Part shown: positions 8,734-17,015 of the stretch, one piece after another
Layout: every line of letters begins with the position of its first letter
Position numbering within the stretch: position 1 is the stretch's first letter
NCBI GenBank assembly: GCA_034666045.1
Contig: JAXDMN010000432.1
Location: 1-51,394 of the forward strand
Direction of reading: 5' to 3'
From: Phycisphaerales bacterium
Lineage (GTDB): Bacteria; Planctomycetota; Phycisphaerae; Tepidisphaerales; Tepidisphaeraceae
Length of the DNA stretch: 51,394 bases
Made by a program: the position numbers and the translations under genes
Notes under the pieces: generated by a model
The model's database searches: none
What the model was told of the DNA's origin: nothing
The model's input: the letters and a program-made list of their open reading frames with translations, nothing else

Positions 8734-9798
8734 ATGTTGCCGCAGCAATGGGAGACCTACAAGCAGGCCGCCCGCCTCGAAAAGCTCGACAAGATCCCCA
8801 TGGCGCTCATCATCGACAGCCCGTGGATCCCCGGCTACCTCGGCATCCAGCACCTCGACTACTTCCTTGATCCGGAACTCTGGTTCGAGTCCAACCTGAA
8901 GATCATGCGCGAGTTCCCGGACATCATCTTCGTCCCTTCCTGGTGGATGGAGTACGGCATGGCCGCCGAGCCGTCGATCCTGGGGGCGAAGATCAAGTTC
9001 TGGCAGGACAACACGCCCAGTGAATACCACCGGCTCGATCGCCTGGAAGACATCGATAACCTCCCGGAATATGAAGTCGAAGCGGACGGCTTCGCCGCGC
9101 TGACGCTGCATCGATACAAGATGCATAAGCAGCGGATCCTCGACGCCGGTTATGTATTCCCGTTCGTCACCGCGCGCGGGCCGCTCTGCACGGCCGGGTT
9201 CGTGCGCAGCACGACGCATTTCATGATCGACCTCGTGGAGAGCCCGGAAGGGGCGCACAAGCTGATCGACCTCTGCACGCGCGTGGTCATCGACTGGCTG
9301 AAAGCGCAGCACAAGGTGCTCGGCGACAGCGTCGAAGGGATCTTCGTCCTCGACGACATCGTCGGCTTCATCAACGAAGAGCACTACATGGAATTCGCGC
9401 ACCCGTACCTCAAGCGCATCTGCGATGCGTTCCCGAAGGACTGGGTGAAGCTCTATCACAACGATGCGGAGGTCGACGCTTGCCTGGATCATCTGCCTGA
9501 CGCCGGCTTCAACGTGCTCAACTGGGGCAAGCAGAAGCACATCAGCGAAGTCAAAGAGCGCGTCGGCGATCGCATGTGCCTGATGGGGAATGTGAACCCG
9601 CTGGAAGTCGGCGTGCGCGGCACGCCGGAGGAAGTGAAGGAAGCGACTCACGATGCGCTGGAGCACGGCGCGGCGGACGGGAAAGGGATGATCCTTTCCG
9701 TCGGCGGCGGTACGAGCCCGGGGATGCCGCGGGAAAATATCGTCGCGATGCTGGAAGCGCTGGAAGAGTTTAATTCGAAGAAGTTCAGCCAGGTTTGA
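8734..9798 (+). CDS. Uroporphyrinogen-decarboxylase (URO-D) family methyltransferase (MtaA/CmuA-like corrinoid-dependent methyltransferase)
   Basis: About 350 aa with a URO-D fold pattern (PWIPGYLG..., FVTARGPLCTAGF, FVLDDIVGFI, MGNVNPLE, ILSVGGGTSPGMPRENI). It sits immediately upstream of a corrinoid protein gene. Confidence 0.75.
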   Translation: MLPQQWETYKQAARLEKLDKIPMALIIDSPWIPGYLGIQHLDYFLDPELWFESNLKIMREFPDIIFVPSWWMEYGMAAEPSILGAKIKFWQDNTPSEYHRLDRLEDIDNLPEYEVEADGFAALTLHRYKMHKQRILDAGYVFPFVTARGPLCTAGFVRSTTHFMIDLVESPEGAHKLIDLCTRVVIDWLKAQHKVLGDSVEGIFVLDDIVGFINEEHYMEFAHPYLKRICDAFPKDWVKLYHNDAEVDACLDHLPDAGFNVLNWGKQKHISEVKERVGDRMCLMGNVNPLEVGVRGTPEEVKEATHDALEHGAADGKGMILSVGGGTSPGMPRENIVAMLEALEEFNSKKFSQV

Positions 9799-9826
9799 AG
9801 AACCAGGAACAAACGCGGAGTTCTAA

Positions 9827-10807
9827 ATGCCCGATTACGCCCTGATGAATCAATACCTCTACGAGGGCAAGGCCAAGGAAGTCGAGCAGATGACCAAGGA
9901 CGCCCTGGCGGAGGGGCGGCACTATCAGGAAGTGCTCACCGAAGGCCTGATCGCCGGCATGAGCGTCGTTGGCGAGGATTTCAAGCACAACATTTTGTAC
10001 GTGCCCGAAGTGCTGATCGCTGCGCGCGCGATGAAGGCGGGCATGAGTGTGCTCAAGCCGCTGCTGAGCGCGAAGGACAACACCACGCCGCGCATCGGCA
10101 CGCTGCTGATGGGGACCGTCCGCGGTGACCTGCACGACATCGGAAAAAATCTTGTCTGCATGATGGCCGAGGGCGCCGGATTCGAAGTCCTCGATATCGG
10201 CGTCGACCAGAGCCTCGAAAAGTTCATGGCAGCCGCGGACAAGTGCAATCCGACGATCATCGGCATGAGCGCGCTGCTGACGACGACGATGACCTACATG
10301 AAAACGGTCATCGACGGCTTCCAGGCGGCGGGGCGGACCAACATCAAATTCGCCGTCGGCGGTGCGCCGATCAGTCAGATGTTCGCCGACGAAATCGGCG
10401 CCGATGGTTACGGTCAAAACGCCTCGGCGGCGGTCGACCTGTTCCATCGCCTCGCGCGCGGCGAAGCGGCGCCCGCTGCGGCGCCGGCCGCGCCGGCTCA
10501 GGTTCGCGGTTCCACTAATGGCGACGGCGCTGCCAGGGACGGCAAGGTCACGACGTTCAAGGTGCTCTACTGGCAGGAGATTCCCTCGCAGGTGAAGGCG
10601 GAGGACGATGCCGGCAATGAAGTCTCGATTGAGCTCGCGCCAAAGTTCATGGAACGCATCGACTTCGTCGCGGCGCAGCGCGGCGTCAAGACCGGTGACG
10701 AATATCTCGCTCATTGGAAGTGGAGCGACGACGCGCAGCGCCCTGGCTCCGCGCGCGCCGTCGCGGATGCAGTCAAAGCGGAACTCGAATCGAAAGCAAC
10801 CTGGTAG
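9827..10807 (+). CDS. Cobalamin-binding corrinoid protein (B12-binding_2 cap + B12-binding Rossmann domain) with an extra C-terminal domain of about 110 aa
   Basis: DxHxxG...SxL...GG signature: GDLHDIGKN, MSALLTTT, FAVGGAPI. GGAG lies 9 nt upstream of the ATG. The C-terminal part VTTFKVLYWQEIPSQVKAED... resembles the 'Virulence_fact' domain that I recall being associated with B12-binding proteins. Confidence 0.85.
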   Translation: MPDYALMNQYLYEGKAKEVEQMTKDALAEGRHYQEVLTEGLIAGMSVVGEDFKHNILYVPEVLIAARAMKAGMSVLKPLLSAKDNTTPRIGTLLMGTVRGDLHDIGKNLVCMMAEGAGFEVLDIGVDQSLEKFMAAADKCNPTIIGMSALLTTTMTYMKTVIDGFQAAGRTNIKFAVGGAPISQMFADEIGADGYGQNASAAVDLFHRLARGEAAPAAAPAAPAQVRGSTNGDGAARDGKVTTFKVLYWQEIPSQVKAEDDAGNEVSIELAPKFMERIDFVAAQRGVKTGDEYLAHWKWSDDAQRPGSARAVADAVKAELESKATW

Positions 10808-10821
10808 TGCTCGCTCGTTTT

Positions 10822-10893
10822 ATTTAGCCACGTCGCTTGCGACGTGCGTTCTGCAGCTGACGGTTACGCGCGTCGCAAGCGACGTGGCTAAAT
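10822..10893. repeat. Perfect 23-bp inverted repeat with a 26-nt spacer, between the corrinoid protein and RACo genes
   Basis: Arms are ATTTAGCCACGTCGCTTGCGACG (10822-10844) and CGTCGCAAGCGACGTGGCTAAAT (10871-10893). Each arm contains its own mini-palindrome CGTCGC-TT/AA-GCGACG. No T-run follows. Confidence 0.85.
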
Positions 10894-10911
10894 GAGTGCG
10901 TGGTGTCTCGT

Positions 10912-12567
10912 ATGTCTGTAACGCTCACCATCAACGGACGCTCGACCGACGCATCTGCGGGTACGTCGATCTTCGAGCACGCGGAACTGCTGGGGGTTCA
11001 GGTCCCCACCTCCTGTCGCAAGAACGGGAAGTGCAAGGAGTGCATCGTCGAGGTGACCAGCGGGATGGAACTGCTCACCCCGCACACCGAGCACGAACAA
11101 CACCTGAAGGACAAGTTTCGACTCTCCTGCCAATCCCGCGTGATCCCGGACGCGCCCGCGGGCGAAGTGAAATGCCACACCATGCGCCGCGGACAGATGC
11201 GCATCGAGCGGCACGCCCTCGGCTTGCCTCTTCGCGAAAAACTCCAACTCGAACCGACCGTCACCCGCGACGGCGACCGCATTCTCATCGATGGCGTCGA
11301 AGTCGATCGCAGCATTCTTCCCATCCACGGCATCGCGATGGACCTCGGCACCACCACGTGCGTTCTGCGCCTGATCAATCTCGAGACCGGCGAGCTCGTC
11401 GCCGACGCGTCGTTCGAGAATCCGCAGCGTTTTGGCGGCTCCGACGTGATGTCGCGCATCCATTATGACACGACCGTCGGAAAGCATCTTCTGATGCGCA
11501 CGCTCGCCGGGTATCTCACGCACGCGATCGACGCGTTTCCGGTCGATCCGAAAACAATTTACGAAATGGTCGTCGTCGGCAATTCAACGATGCGTGACAT
11601 GTTCTTCCGACTCGACGTCTACCCGATCGGGCAGACGCCTTATCGATCGATCACCGAGATCGAGATGGCGGAGGGAAAGCGCACGACCACGAGCGTGACC
11701 ATGACCGGCCGGCAGGCATTGTTGCCGATCAATCCCAAGGCGCGCGTCTACGGCGCGCCGATCATCAGCGGCCACGTCGGCGCGGATGCGGCGGCGTGCA
11801 TGCTGGCGATCGATCTCGCGCACGAAAGCCGCCTCGTGGCGGTCATGGACATCGGCACGAACACGGAGCTGATCCTCGGCAACCGCGAGCGGATCGTCGC
11901 CGCGTCATGTCCGGCGGGTCCGGCGTTTGAAGGCGGGGCGATCTCGTGCGGCATGCCCGGGCTCGACGGCGCGATCGAAGACGTCGCGATCGATGACGCC
12001 GACGGCTCGATCAAGCTCGGCGTCATCGGTGACGTGCCGCCCGAAGGGATCTGCGGCTCCGGCCTGGTCGAGCTGATGAGCGAGCTGCTTCGCACCGGAA
12101 AGATGAACGAGTACGGCCGATTCGAAGACGGTGAATCGCGCGTCACGCTCGACGCGCCGCGCGACATTTTCTTTCTCGAGAGCGACGTGAACGAGCTCGC
12201 ACAGGCGAAAGGCGCGAACGTCGCGGGCTTGCAGGTCGTTTTCAGCAATTACGGGTTGGACTTCGACGACATCGACGTCTTTTACCTCGCCGGCGGGTTC
12301 GGGCGGCATCTCGACATCGCGGCGTCGAAGCGCATCGGGCTGATCCCGAATATTCCGGATGAAAAGATCGTGCAGGTTGGCAACGCAGCGATCGAAGGGG
12401 CGTGCATCGCATTGCTGTCGAAGACGAAGCGGCGCGAGCTGGAAGAACTCGTGCGGCGCGTCGAGCACTGCCGCCTGGAGACGCATCCGCAGTTCTTCGA
12501 TTTCTTCGTCGAAGGGTGTCAGTTCAAGCCGGTCGAGACGGCGCATTCGGAGGTCGTGTCCGAATGA
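10912..12567 (+). CDS. RACo-type ATP-dependent reductive activator of corrinoid proteins (N-terminal 2Fe-2S ferredoxin + ASKHA/DUF4445 domain)
   Basis: MSVTLTINGRS...SCRKNGKCKECIV...LSCQ gives the Cx5Cx2C...C 2Fe-2S pattern. ASKHA phosphate motifs are AMDLGTTT and VMDIGTNTE, with GICGSG also present. I prefer ATG 10912 over the track's GTG 10900. Confidence 0.85.
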   Translation: MSVTLTINGRSTDASAGTSIFEHAELLGVQVPTSCRKNGKCKECIVEVTSGMELLTPHTEHEQHLKDKFRLSCQSRVIPDAPAGEVKCHTMRRGQMRIERHALGLPLREKLQLEPTVTRDGDRILIDGVEVDRSILPIHGIAMDLGTTTCVLRLINLETGELVADASFENPQRFGGSDVMSRIHYDTTVGKHLLMRTLAGYLTHAIDAFPVDPKTIYEMVVVGNSTMRDMFFRLDVYPIGQTPYRSITEIEMAEGKRTTTSVTMTGRQALLPINPKARVYGAPIISGHVGADAAACMLAIDLAHESRLVAVMDIGTNTELILGNRERIVAASCPAGPAFEGGAISCGMPGLDGAIEDVAIDDADGSIKLGVIGDVPPEGICGSGLVELMSELLRTGKMNEYGRFEDGESRVTLDAPRDIFFLESDVNELAQAKGANVAGLQVVFSNYGLDFDDIDVFYLAGGFGRHLDIAASKRIGLIPNIPDEKIVQVGNAAIEGACIALLSKTKRRELEELVRRVEHCRLETHPQFFDFFVEGCQFKPVETAHSEVVSE

Positions 12568-13865
12568 TCGAGCTGGTCGACACGCTTCCGGACATCAACG
12601 TGCAGCCTGCTGAATACAAGCGGCTGCTCGGGTATCCGCGCGATCGCGTGCTCGAGGGACGGGCTCGCGAATTGGCCGAGGGCGCGCGCGAATGGTACGC
12701 GAAATTCGGCCGCCCGTGGGTCTACGCCCGGCAGGCGGAGACGCTCGAGATCACCAACGGCTCGATCTGCATCGACGGCGTCTCGTTCACGAGCAAGAAA
12801 CTCCAGAATACGCTTCAGCAGGCGGAGGCGAATAGCGCGATCCTCGTCGCCGTCAGCGCGGGGCCGCAGGTCGAAGCGGAAGCGCAGAAGCTGTGGCTCG
12901 AAGAGAAGCCGGACGAGTATTTTTTTCTGGAGATCTTCGGATCGGCGGTCGTCGAACATCTCATCACCATCACCGGCGCGCGCTTGTGCGCGTGGGCGGA
13001 AGGCCGGCGCCTCGCGGTGCTGCCGCACTACTCGCCCGGCTATCCGGAATGGGACATTTCCGAGCAGGGGAAGCTGCTCGAGCTGATGTGCCGCACGCGG
13101 GAGCACGCGTTCCCATGCGATCTCGAAGTGCTCGACTCCGGCATGCTGCGGCCCAAAAAATCGTTGCTCGCGGTGTTCGGCCTGACGGCGAAGACGGAGC
13201 ACGTCCGTCGGCTGACGGATCTCGTGCCGTGCGACAATTGCTCGTTCACGCCGTGCCAGTATCGCCGCTCGCCCTACGTGCGAATGGGTGAATATGCCCG
13301 CATCGAAGTCGCCGCGCGCGGCGACGACGTTCCGGAAGAAGACGTGATTCCCGCCGCGCCGCCCACGCTCGATCCAGCGGCGAAATATTCGGTCAATGCC
13401 AAAGCGCTGAAGCGCTGGGCGGACGAGCGGCTGACGCTCGCGATGAAGCCGGACGGCACCATCGACGCGCTCTTCCGCTATGAAGGCTCGACCTGCACGA
13501 ACATGGGACGATCGATCCAGTTTCATTACCATGTGAAGCTCGGCCCGCGCGAAGAGGGCTACCCGATTCGCGAGCAGCGTTGCGGCCCCGCGCCGGGCGA
13601 CACCGGGCACACCTACATGTGCCGCTACATGAACAACGCCGAGCATTTGATGGTCGCAATAGAGCAGGAGAAACCGCTGATCGGCCAGCCGCTGAACGAC
13701 GTGCTCGCGTGGTCGCGAATCAGCACCGGGGCCGCGTGCTATTGCGAGCCGGCGAGCCGCAAGCATAAATGGGGGCTTGTGCTCGAAACGATCCATTACG
13801 CGCTCGTGCAGGAAGAGAAACGCCGCGCGCTGGAAAACGTCCCGCAGGAAATCACCGCACCATGA
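12564..13865 (+). CDS. MetH activation-domain (Met_synt_B12) homologue with a C-terminal extension of about 190 aa of unknown function
   Basis: Start at ATG 12564 within ATGA, overlapping the RACo stop. HYSPGYPEWDISEQGKLLELM and MLRPKKSLLAVFG resemble the AdoMet-binding reactivation module of MetH. A CDNCSFTPC motif follows, then about 190 further residues that I cannot assign. Confidence 0.7.
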   Translation: MIELVDTLPDINVQPAEYKRLLGYPRDRVLEGRARELAEGAREWYAKFGRPWVYARQAETLEITNGSICIDGVSFTSKKLQNTLQQAEANSAILVAVSAGPQVEAEAQKLWLEEKPDEYFFLEIFGSAVVEHLITITGARLCAWAEGRRLAVLPHYSPGYPEWDISEQGKLLELMCRTREHAFPCDLEVLDSGMLRPKKSLLAVFGLTAKTEHVRRLTDLVPCDNCSFTPCQYRRSPYVRMGEYARIEVAARGDDVPEEDVIPAAPPTLDPAAKYSVNAKALKRWADERLTLAMKPDGTIDALFRYEGSTCTNMGRSIQFHYHVKLGPREEGYPIREQRCGPAPGDTGHTYMCRYMNNAEHLMVAIEQEKPLIGQPLNDVLAWSRISTGAACYCEPASRKHKWGLVLETIHYALVQEEKRRALENVPQEITAP

Positions 13866-14776
13866 GCAAGCCGCCGTTACTCGAAGCACTGAAATCCCGC
13901 CCGCTCCTCGGCGACGGCGCGATGGGCACGCAGCTCATGATCGCCGGCCTCGAACAGGGCAACTGCGGCGAGCTGTGGAACCTCACGCAACCGGAGCGCG
14001 TGCTCGGCATCCAGCGCCGCTACGCGGAGGCGGGCAGCGACTGCATCCTGACCAACACGTTCGGCGGCAGCCGCATCATGCTGAACCGCCACGGCGTCGC
14101 CGACAACATCGTAGAGATCAATGCCGCCGGCGTGCGCATCGTGCGGCAGGCGTTCGAAGCAGTCGGCCGCGACGGATACGTCATCGGCGACATCGGCCCG
14201 TTCGGCGGGTTGATGGAACCGTATGGCGAGTTCACCGAGGACCAGGTTCGAGCAGCGTTCGTCGAGCAGGCGAAGGCGCTCGTCGACGCCGGCGCCGATG
14301 CGATCATCATCGAGACGCAGACCGGCCTGGAAGAACTTGGCATCGCCATCGCCGCCGCCAAAGAAGCGGGCGCCGCCTGCATCATCGGCTCGATGGCGTA
14401 CGACGTGACGCTGGACGGCTCGACCTTCCGCACCATGATGGGCATCGACCCGGAGCGGGCGGCGGAGTTCATGCAGGACGAAGGCGCGCATGTCGTCGCG
14501 CTCAACTGCGGCACCGGCATGGACATGCCGCACGCGCGCGAAGCCATCGAGCGCTACCGGCAAACGACCGGCCTGCCGGTCATGGCGCAGCCCAACGCGG
14601 GACAGCCGAAACTGATCGACATGAAAGTGGTTTACGACGAAACGCCGGCCGAGATGGTCAAGGGCGTCGTGCCGATGCTGGAGTCGGGGACGAACATCCT
14701 CGGCGGCTGCTGCGGCAGCACGCCGGACCATATCCGCGCGTTTCGAAAAGCAATGGATGAGTACTTGAAGGCGTGA
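13862..14776 (+). CDS. Stand-alone homocysteine S-methyltransferase (Hcy-binding) module
   Basis: Start at ATG 13862 within ATGA, overlapping the upstream stop. LGDGAMGTQL, ILTNTFG, and the Zn-ligand motifs ALNCGTG and GGCCGSTPDHI are present. Confidence 0.85.
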   Translation: MSKPPLLEALKSRPLLGDGAMGTQLMIAGLEQGNCGELWNLTQPERVLGIQRRYAEAGSDCILTNTFGGSRIMLNRHGVADNIVEINAAGVRIVRQAFEAVGRDGYVIGDIGPFGGLMEPYGEFTEDQVRAAFVEQAKALVDAGADAIIIETQTGLEELGIAIAAAKEAGAACIIGSMAYDVTLDGSTFRTMMGIDPERAAEFMQDEGAHVVALNCGTGMDMPHAREAIERYRQTTGLPVMAQPNAGQPKLIDMKVVYDETPAEMVKGVVPMLESGTNILGGCCGSTPDHIRAFRKAMDEYLKA

Positions 14777-14884
14777 GTGCATCGTGGCTTGGGCGTCTCG
14801 CCCGAGCGTGTTCGCACCAGCGGCTGGCCGCCGCGATTCCTCGGGCAGGATGCCCAAGTCACGGTGAAGAAACGGAAATAGAGA

Positions 14885-15214
14885 ATGAAACAGAAACTCT
14901 GCGACGTCAATCAAGCCGCCGAAGAAAAGCTCCCGCCGAAGACGGAGGACAAGTCCGGCATCGGCGTGCACTTCATCGACGCGTACATCAAGCCGATGAA
15001 CGCAAAACTCGCCGACGGCACCGCCGTGAAGGCGAAGCGGCGCGGCCTGAAGATCACGCTGCAGGTCGGCACGAAGAAGGGCGACGGCATCATGCGCCGA
15101 CTGGAAGTCAGCCGTGACCCAAAGATCATGCTCCCCGCCGCCCTCCAGGAAGCCGCGAAGAACGCCGGCATCGAGCTGGCGATCGAAGAGGGGGCGATCT
15201 ACGTCACCGCCTGA
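14885..15214 (+). CDS. Small hypothetical protein (109 aa)
   Basis: ATG-initiated ORF with balanced, Lys-rich composition, unlike the R/A/G-rich shadow ORFs. A hairpin terminator region follows. No family recognised. Confidence 0.5.
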   Translation: MKQKLCDVNQAAEEKLPPKTEDKSGIGVHFIDAYIKPMNAKLADGTAVKAKRRGLKITLQVGTKKGDGIMRRLEVSRDPKIMLPAALQEAAKNAGIELAIEEGAIYVTA

Positions 15215-15254
15215 CGACGCGAACTTGAGGGGACCTCGATCTCCCAACGAAAAA

Positions 15255-15277
15255 CCGCTCCGCGAGGGGCGGAGCGG
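15255..15277 (-). terminator. Rho-independent terminator for the DUF1501 gene
   Basis: Stem CCGCTCCGC / GCGGAGCGG (9 bp) with a 5-nt loop. On the minus strand TTTTT follows (the complement of 15250-15254). It lies between convergent genes. Confidence 0.6.
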
Positions 15278-15405
15278 TGGGAGAGAGAGAAGAGAGAGAC
15301 AGAATCGGATCGGCCCCGCGATGTTGATGGGCAACACCCCGCGGCTCAATGAATACGAACATAGGTTCGTATGGGCGGTTCGTCAACAGCAGTTCCGGAA
15401 AAAAT

Positions 15406-16854
15406 TTACGCCAGCAGTTTTGAGATCAGCTTTCCGTGCACGTCCGTGAGACGGAAATCACGGCCCTGAAAGCGGTAAGTGAGCTTGGTGTGCTCCAGGC
15501 CGAGCAGGTGAAGGATCGTGGCATGGATGTCGTGAACGTGGCAGCGGTCCTCGGTGGGGGCGAAGCCGAGTTCGTCGGTTTCGCCGAGGATGATGCCCGG
15601 CTGCGTGCCGCCGCCGGCGAACCACATCGTGCCGCATTCGATGTGATGATTGCGGCCGGTGCTGGTGCGGTTCTCGCCCATCGGCGTGCGCCCGAATTCG
15701 CCGCCCCAGATGACCAGCGTGTCCTCGAGCAGGCCGCGCTGTTTCAGGTCTATCACGAGGGCGGCGCTCGCTTGATCGACTTCCTTGCAGCGCGTTTCGA
15801 AATCCTTCTCGAGCGTTTCGCCCGGGCCGCCGTGGCTGTCCCAGTTGGTGTGGTAGAGCTGCACGAAGCGCACACCGCGTTCGATGAGGCGGCGCGCGAG
15901 CAGGCAGTTGTTGGCAAATGACGGCTTCGTGCGATCCGCGCCGTACAACTCCATCGTCTCCTTCGATTCACCGGCGAGGTCGGTCAGCTCCGGCGCGCTG
16001 GTCTGCATGCGATAGGCCATCTCGTACTGGCTGATGCGCGTCTGGATTTCCTGATCGCCGGTGGCTACGAGCCGCTTGAGGTTGAGCGCGTTGACGGCGT
16101 CGATCGTGTCGCGTTGGTGGTGGGCCGTGATGCCTGCGGGCGACGAGAGGTTCACGATCGGCTCGCCGCTGGAGCGGAAGGGGACGCCCTGGTGGATCGT
16201 CGGCAGGAATCCCGATCCCCAGTTCACCGCGCCGCCGCGCGGGCCGCGCGGGCCGGACTGCAAAACGACGAAACCGGGCAGATCTTTGCACTCCGACCCG
16301 ATGCCGTACGTCACCCACGCGCCCATGCTCGGCCGGCCAAATTGCGACGAGCCGGTGTTCATGAACAGCTTCGCGGGCGCGTGATTGAAGACGTCGGTGG
16401 CGACGGTTTTCACGATCGCGATGTCGTCGACGATCTTCGCCTGGTGCGGGAAGAGCTCGGAGACCCACGCGCCGTGCTTGCCGTGCTGCGTGAACTTTCG
16501 CCGTGTGCCGAGCAGCGTGTATCGGTCTTTGAACGAGCTGTCCATAAACGCAAATCGCTTGCCGGCGATCATCGAATCGGGGATCGGTTTGCCGTTCAAT
16601 TCGATGAGTTTTGGTTTGTAATCGAAGAGTTCGAGCTGGCTCGGTCCGCCGGCCATGAAGAGGTAGATCACGTTCTTCGCGCGCGGGGGAAAATTCGTGC
16701 CCGCCGGTAGCGGTTTCGCGCCTTGAGAAGGTGAGGCGAGCGCAGACTCCGCGAACAACGACGCGAGCGCGATCGAACCGACGCCGACCGCGCAGTTGCG
16801 GAAGAAGTGGCGGCGCGTGATGTCTTGCAGTGGGTCGTTCATCGCCTGTGTCAC
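15406..16854 (-). CDS. DUF1501 domain protein (sulfatase-fold, Tat-exported)
   Basis: Twin-arginine leader ITRRHFFRNCAVGVGSIALASLFAESALA. The whole length resembles the planctomycete DUF1501 family. The start is GTG 16854 or ATG 16842. Confidence 0.9.
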   Translation of the reverse strand: MTQAMNDPLQDITRRHFFRNCAVGVGSIALASLFAESALASPSQGAKPLPAGTNFPPRAKNVIYLFMAGGPSQLELFDYKPKLIELNGKPIPDSMIAGKRFAFMDSSFKDRYTLLGTRRKFTQHGKHGAWVSELFPHQAKIVDDIAIVKTVATDVFNHAPAKLFMNTGSSQFGRPSMGAWVTYGIGSECKDLPGFVVLQSGPRGPRGGAVNWGSGFLPTIHQGVPFRSSGEPIVNLSSPAGITAHHQRDTIDAVNALNLKRLVATGDQEIQTRISQYEMAYRMQTSAPELTDLAGESKETMELYGADRTKPSFANNCLLARRLIERGVRFVQLYHTNWDSHGGPGETLEKDFETRCKEVDQASAALVIDLKQRGLLEDTLVIWGGEFGRTPMGENRTSTGRNHHIECGTMWFAGGGTQPGIILGETDELGFAPTEDRCHVHDIHATILHLLGLEHTKLTYRFQGRDFRLTDVHGKLISKLLA

Positions 16855-17015
16855 TCCCGCGTAATCGTCTCATCGAGATTCAGGATCGTTCGCGATACAA
16901 GCGTCCACGCGGCGAACTCGCTCTTCTCCACGCGCGGCGGAGTTGCCGCGGCGACGATCGGAGCCGCGGTCTGCGGTTCGCTGCGAAACTCGGCGCGCTT
17001 CTTCTCGAGCATCGT

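Noticed and set aside
15278-15299. Purine (GA)n tract GGGAGAGAGAGAAGAGAGAGA just after the terminator hairpin
   Set aside because: It is a short low-complexity tract in a convergent intergenic region. Nothing supports a function, although it could be a weak slippage-prone simple repeat.
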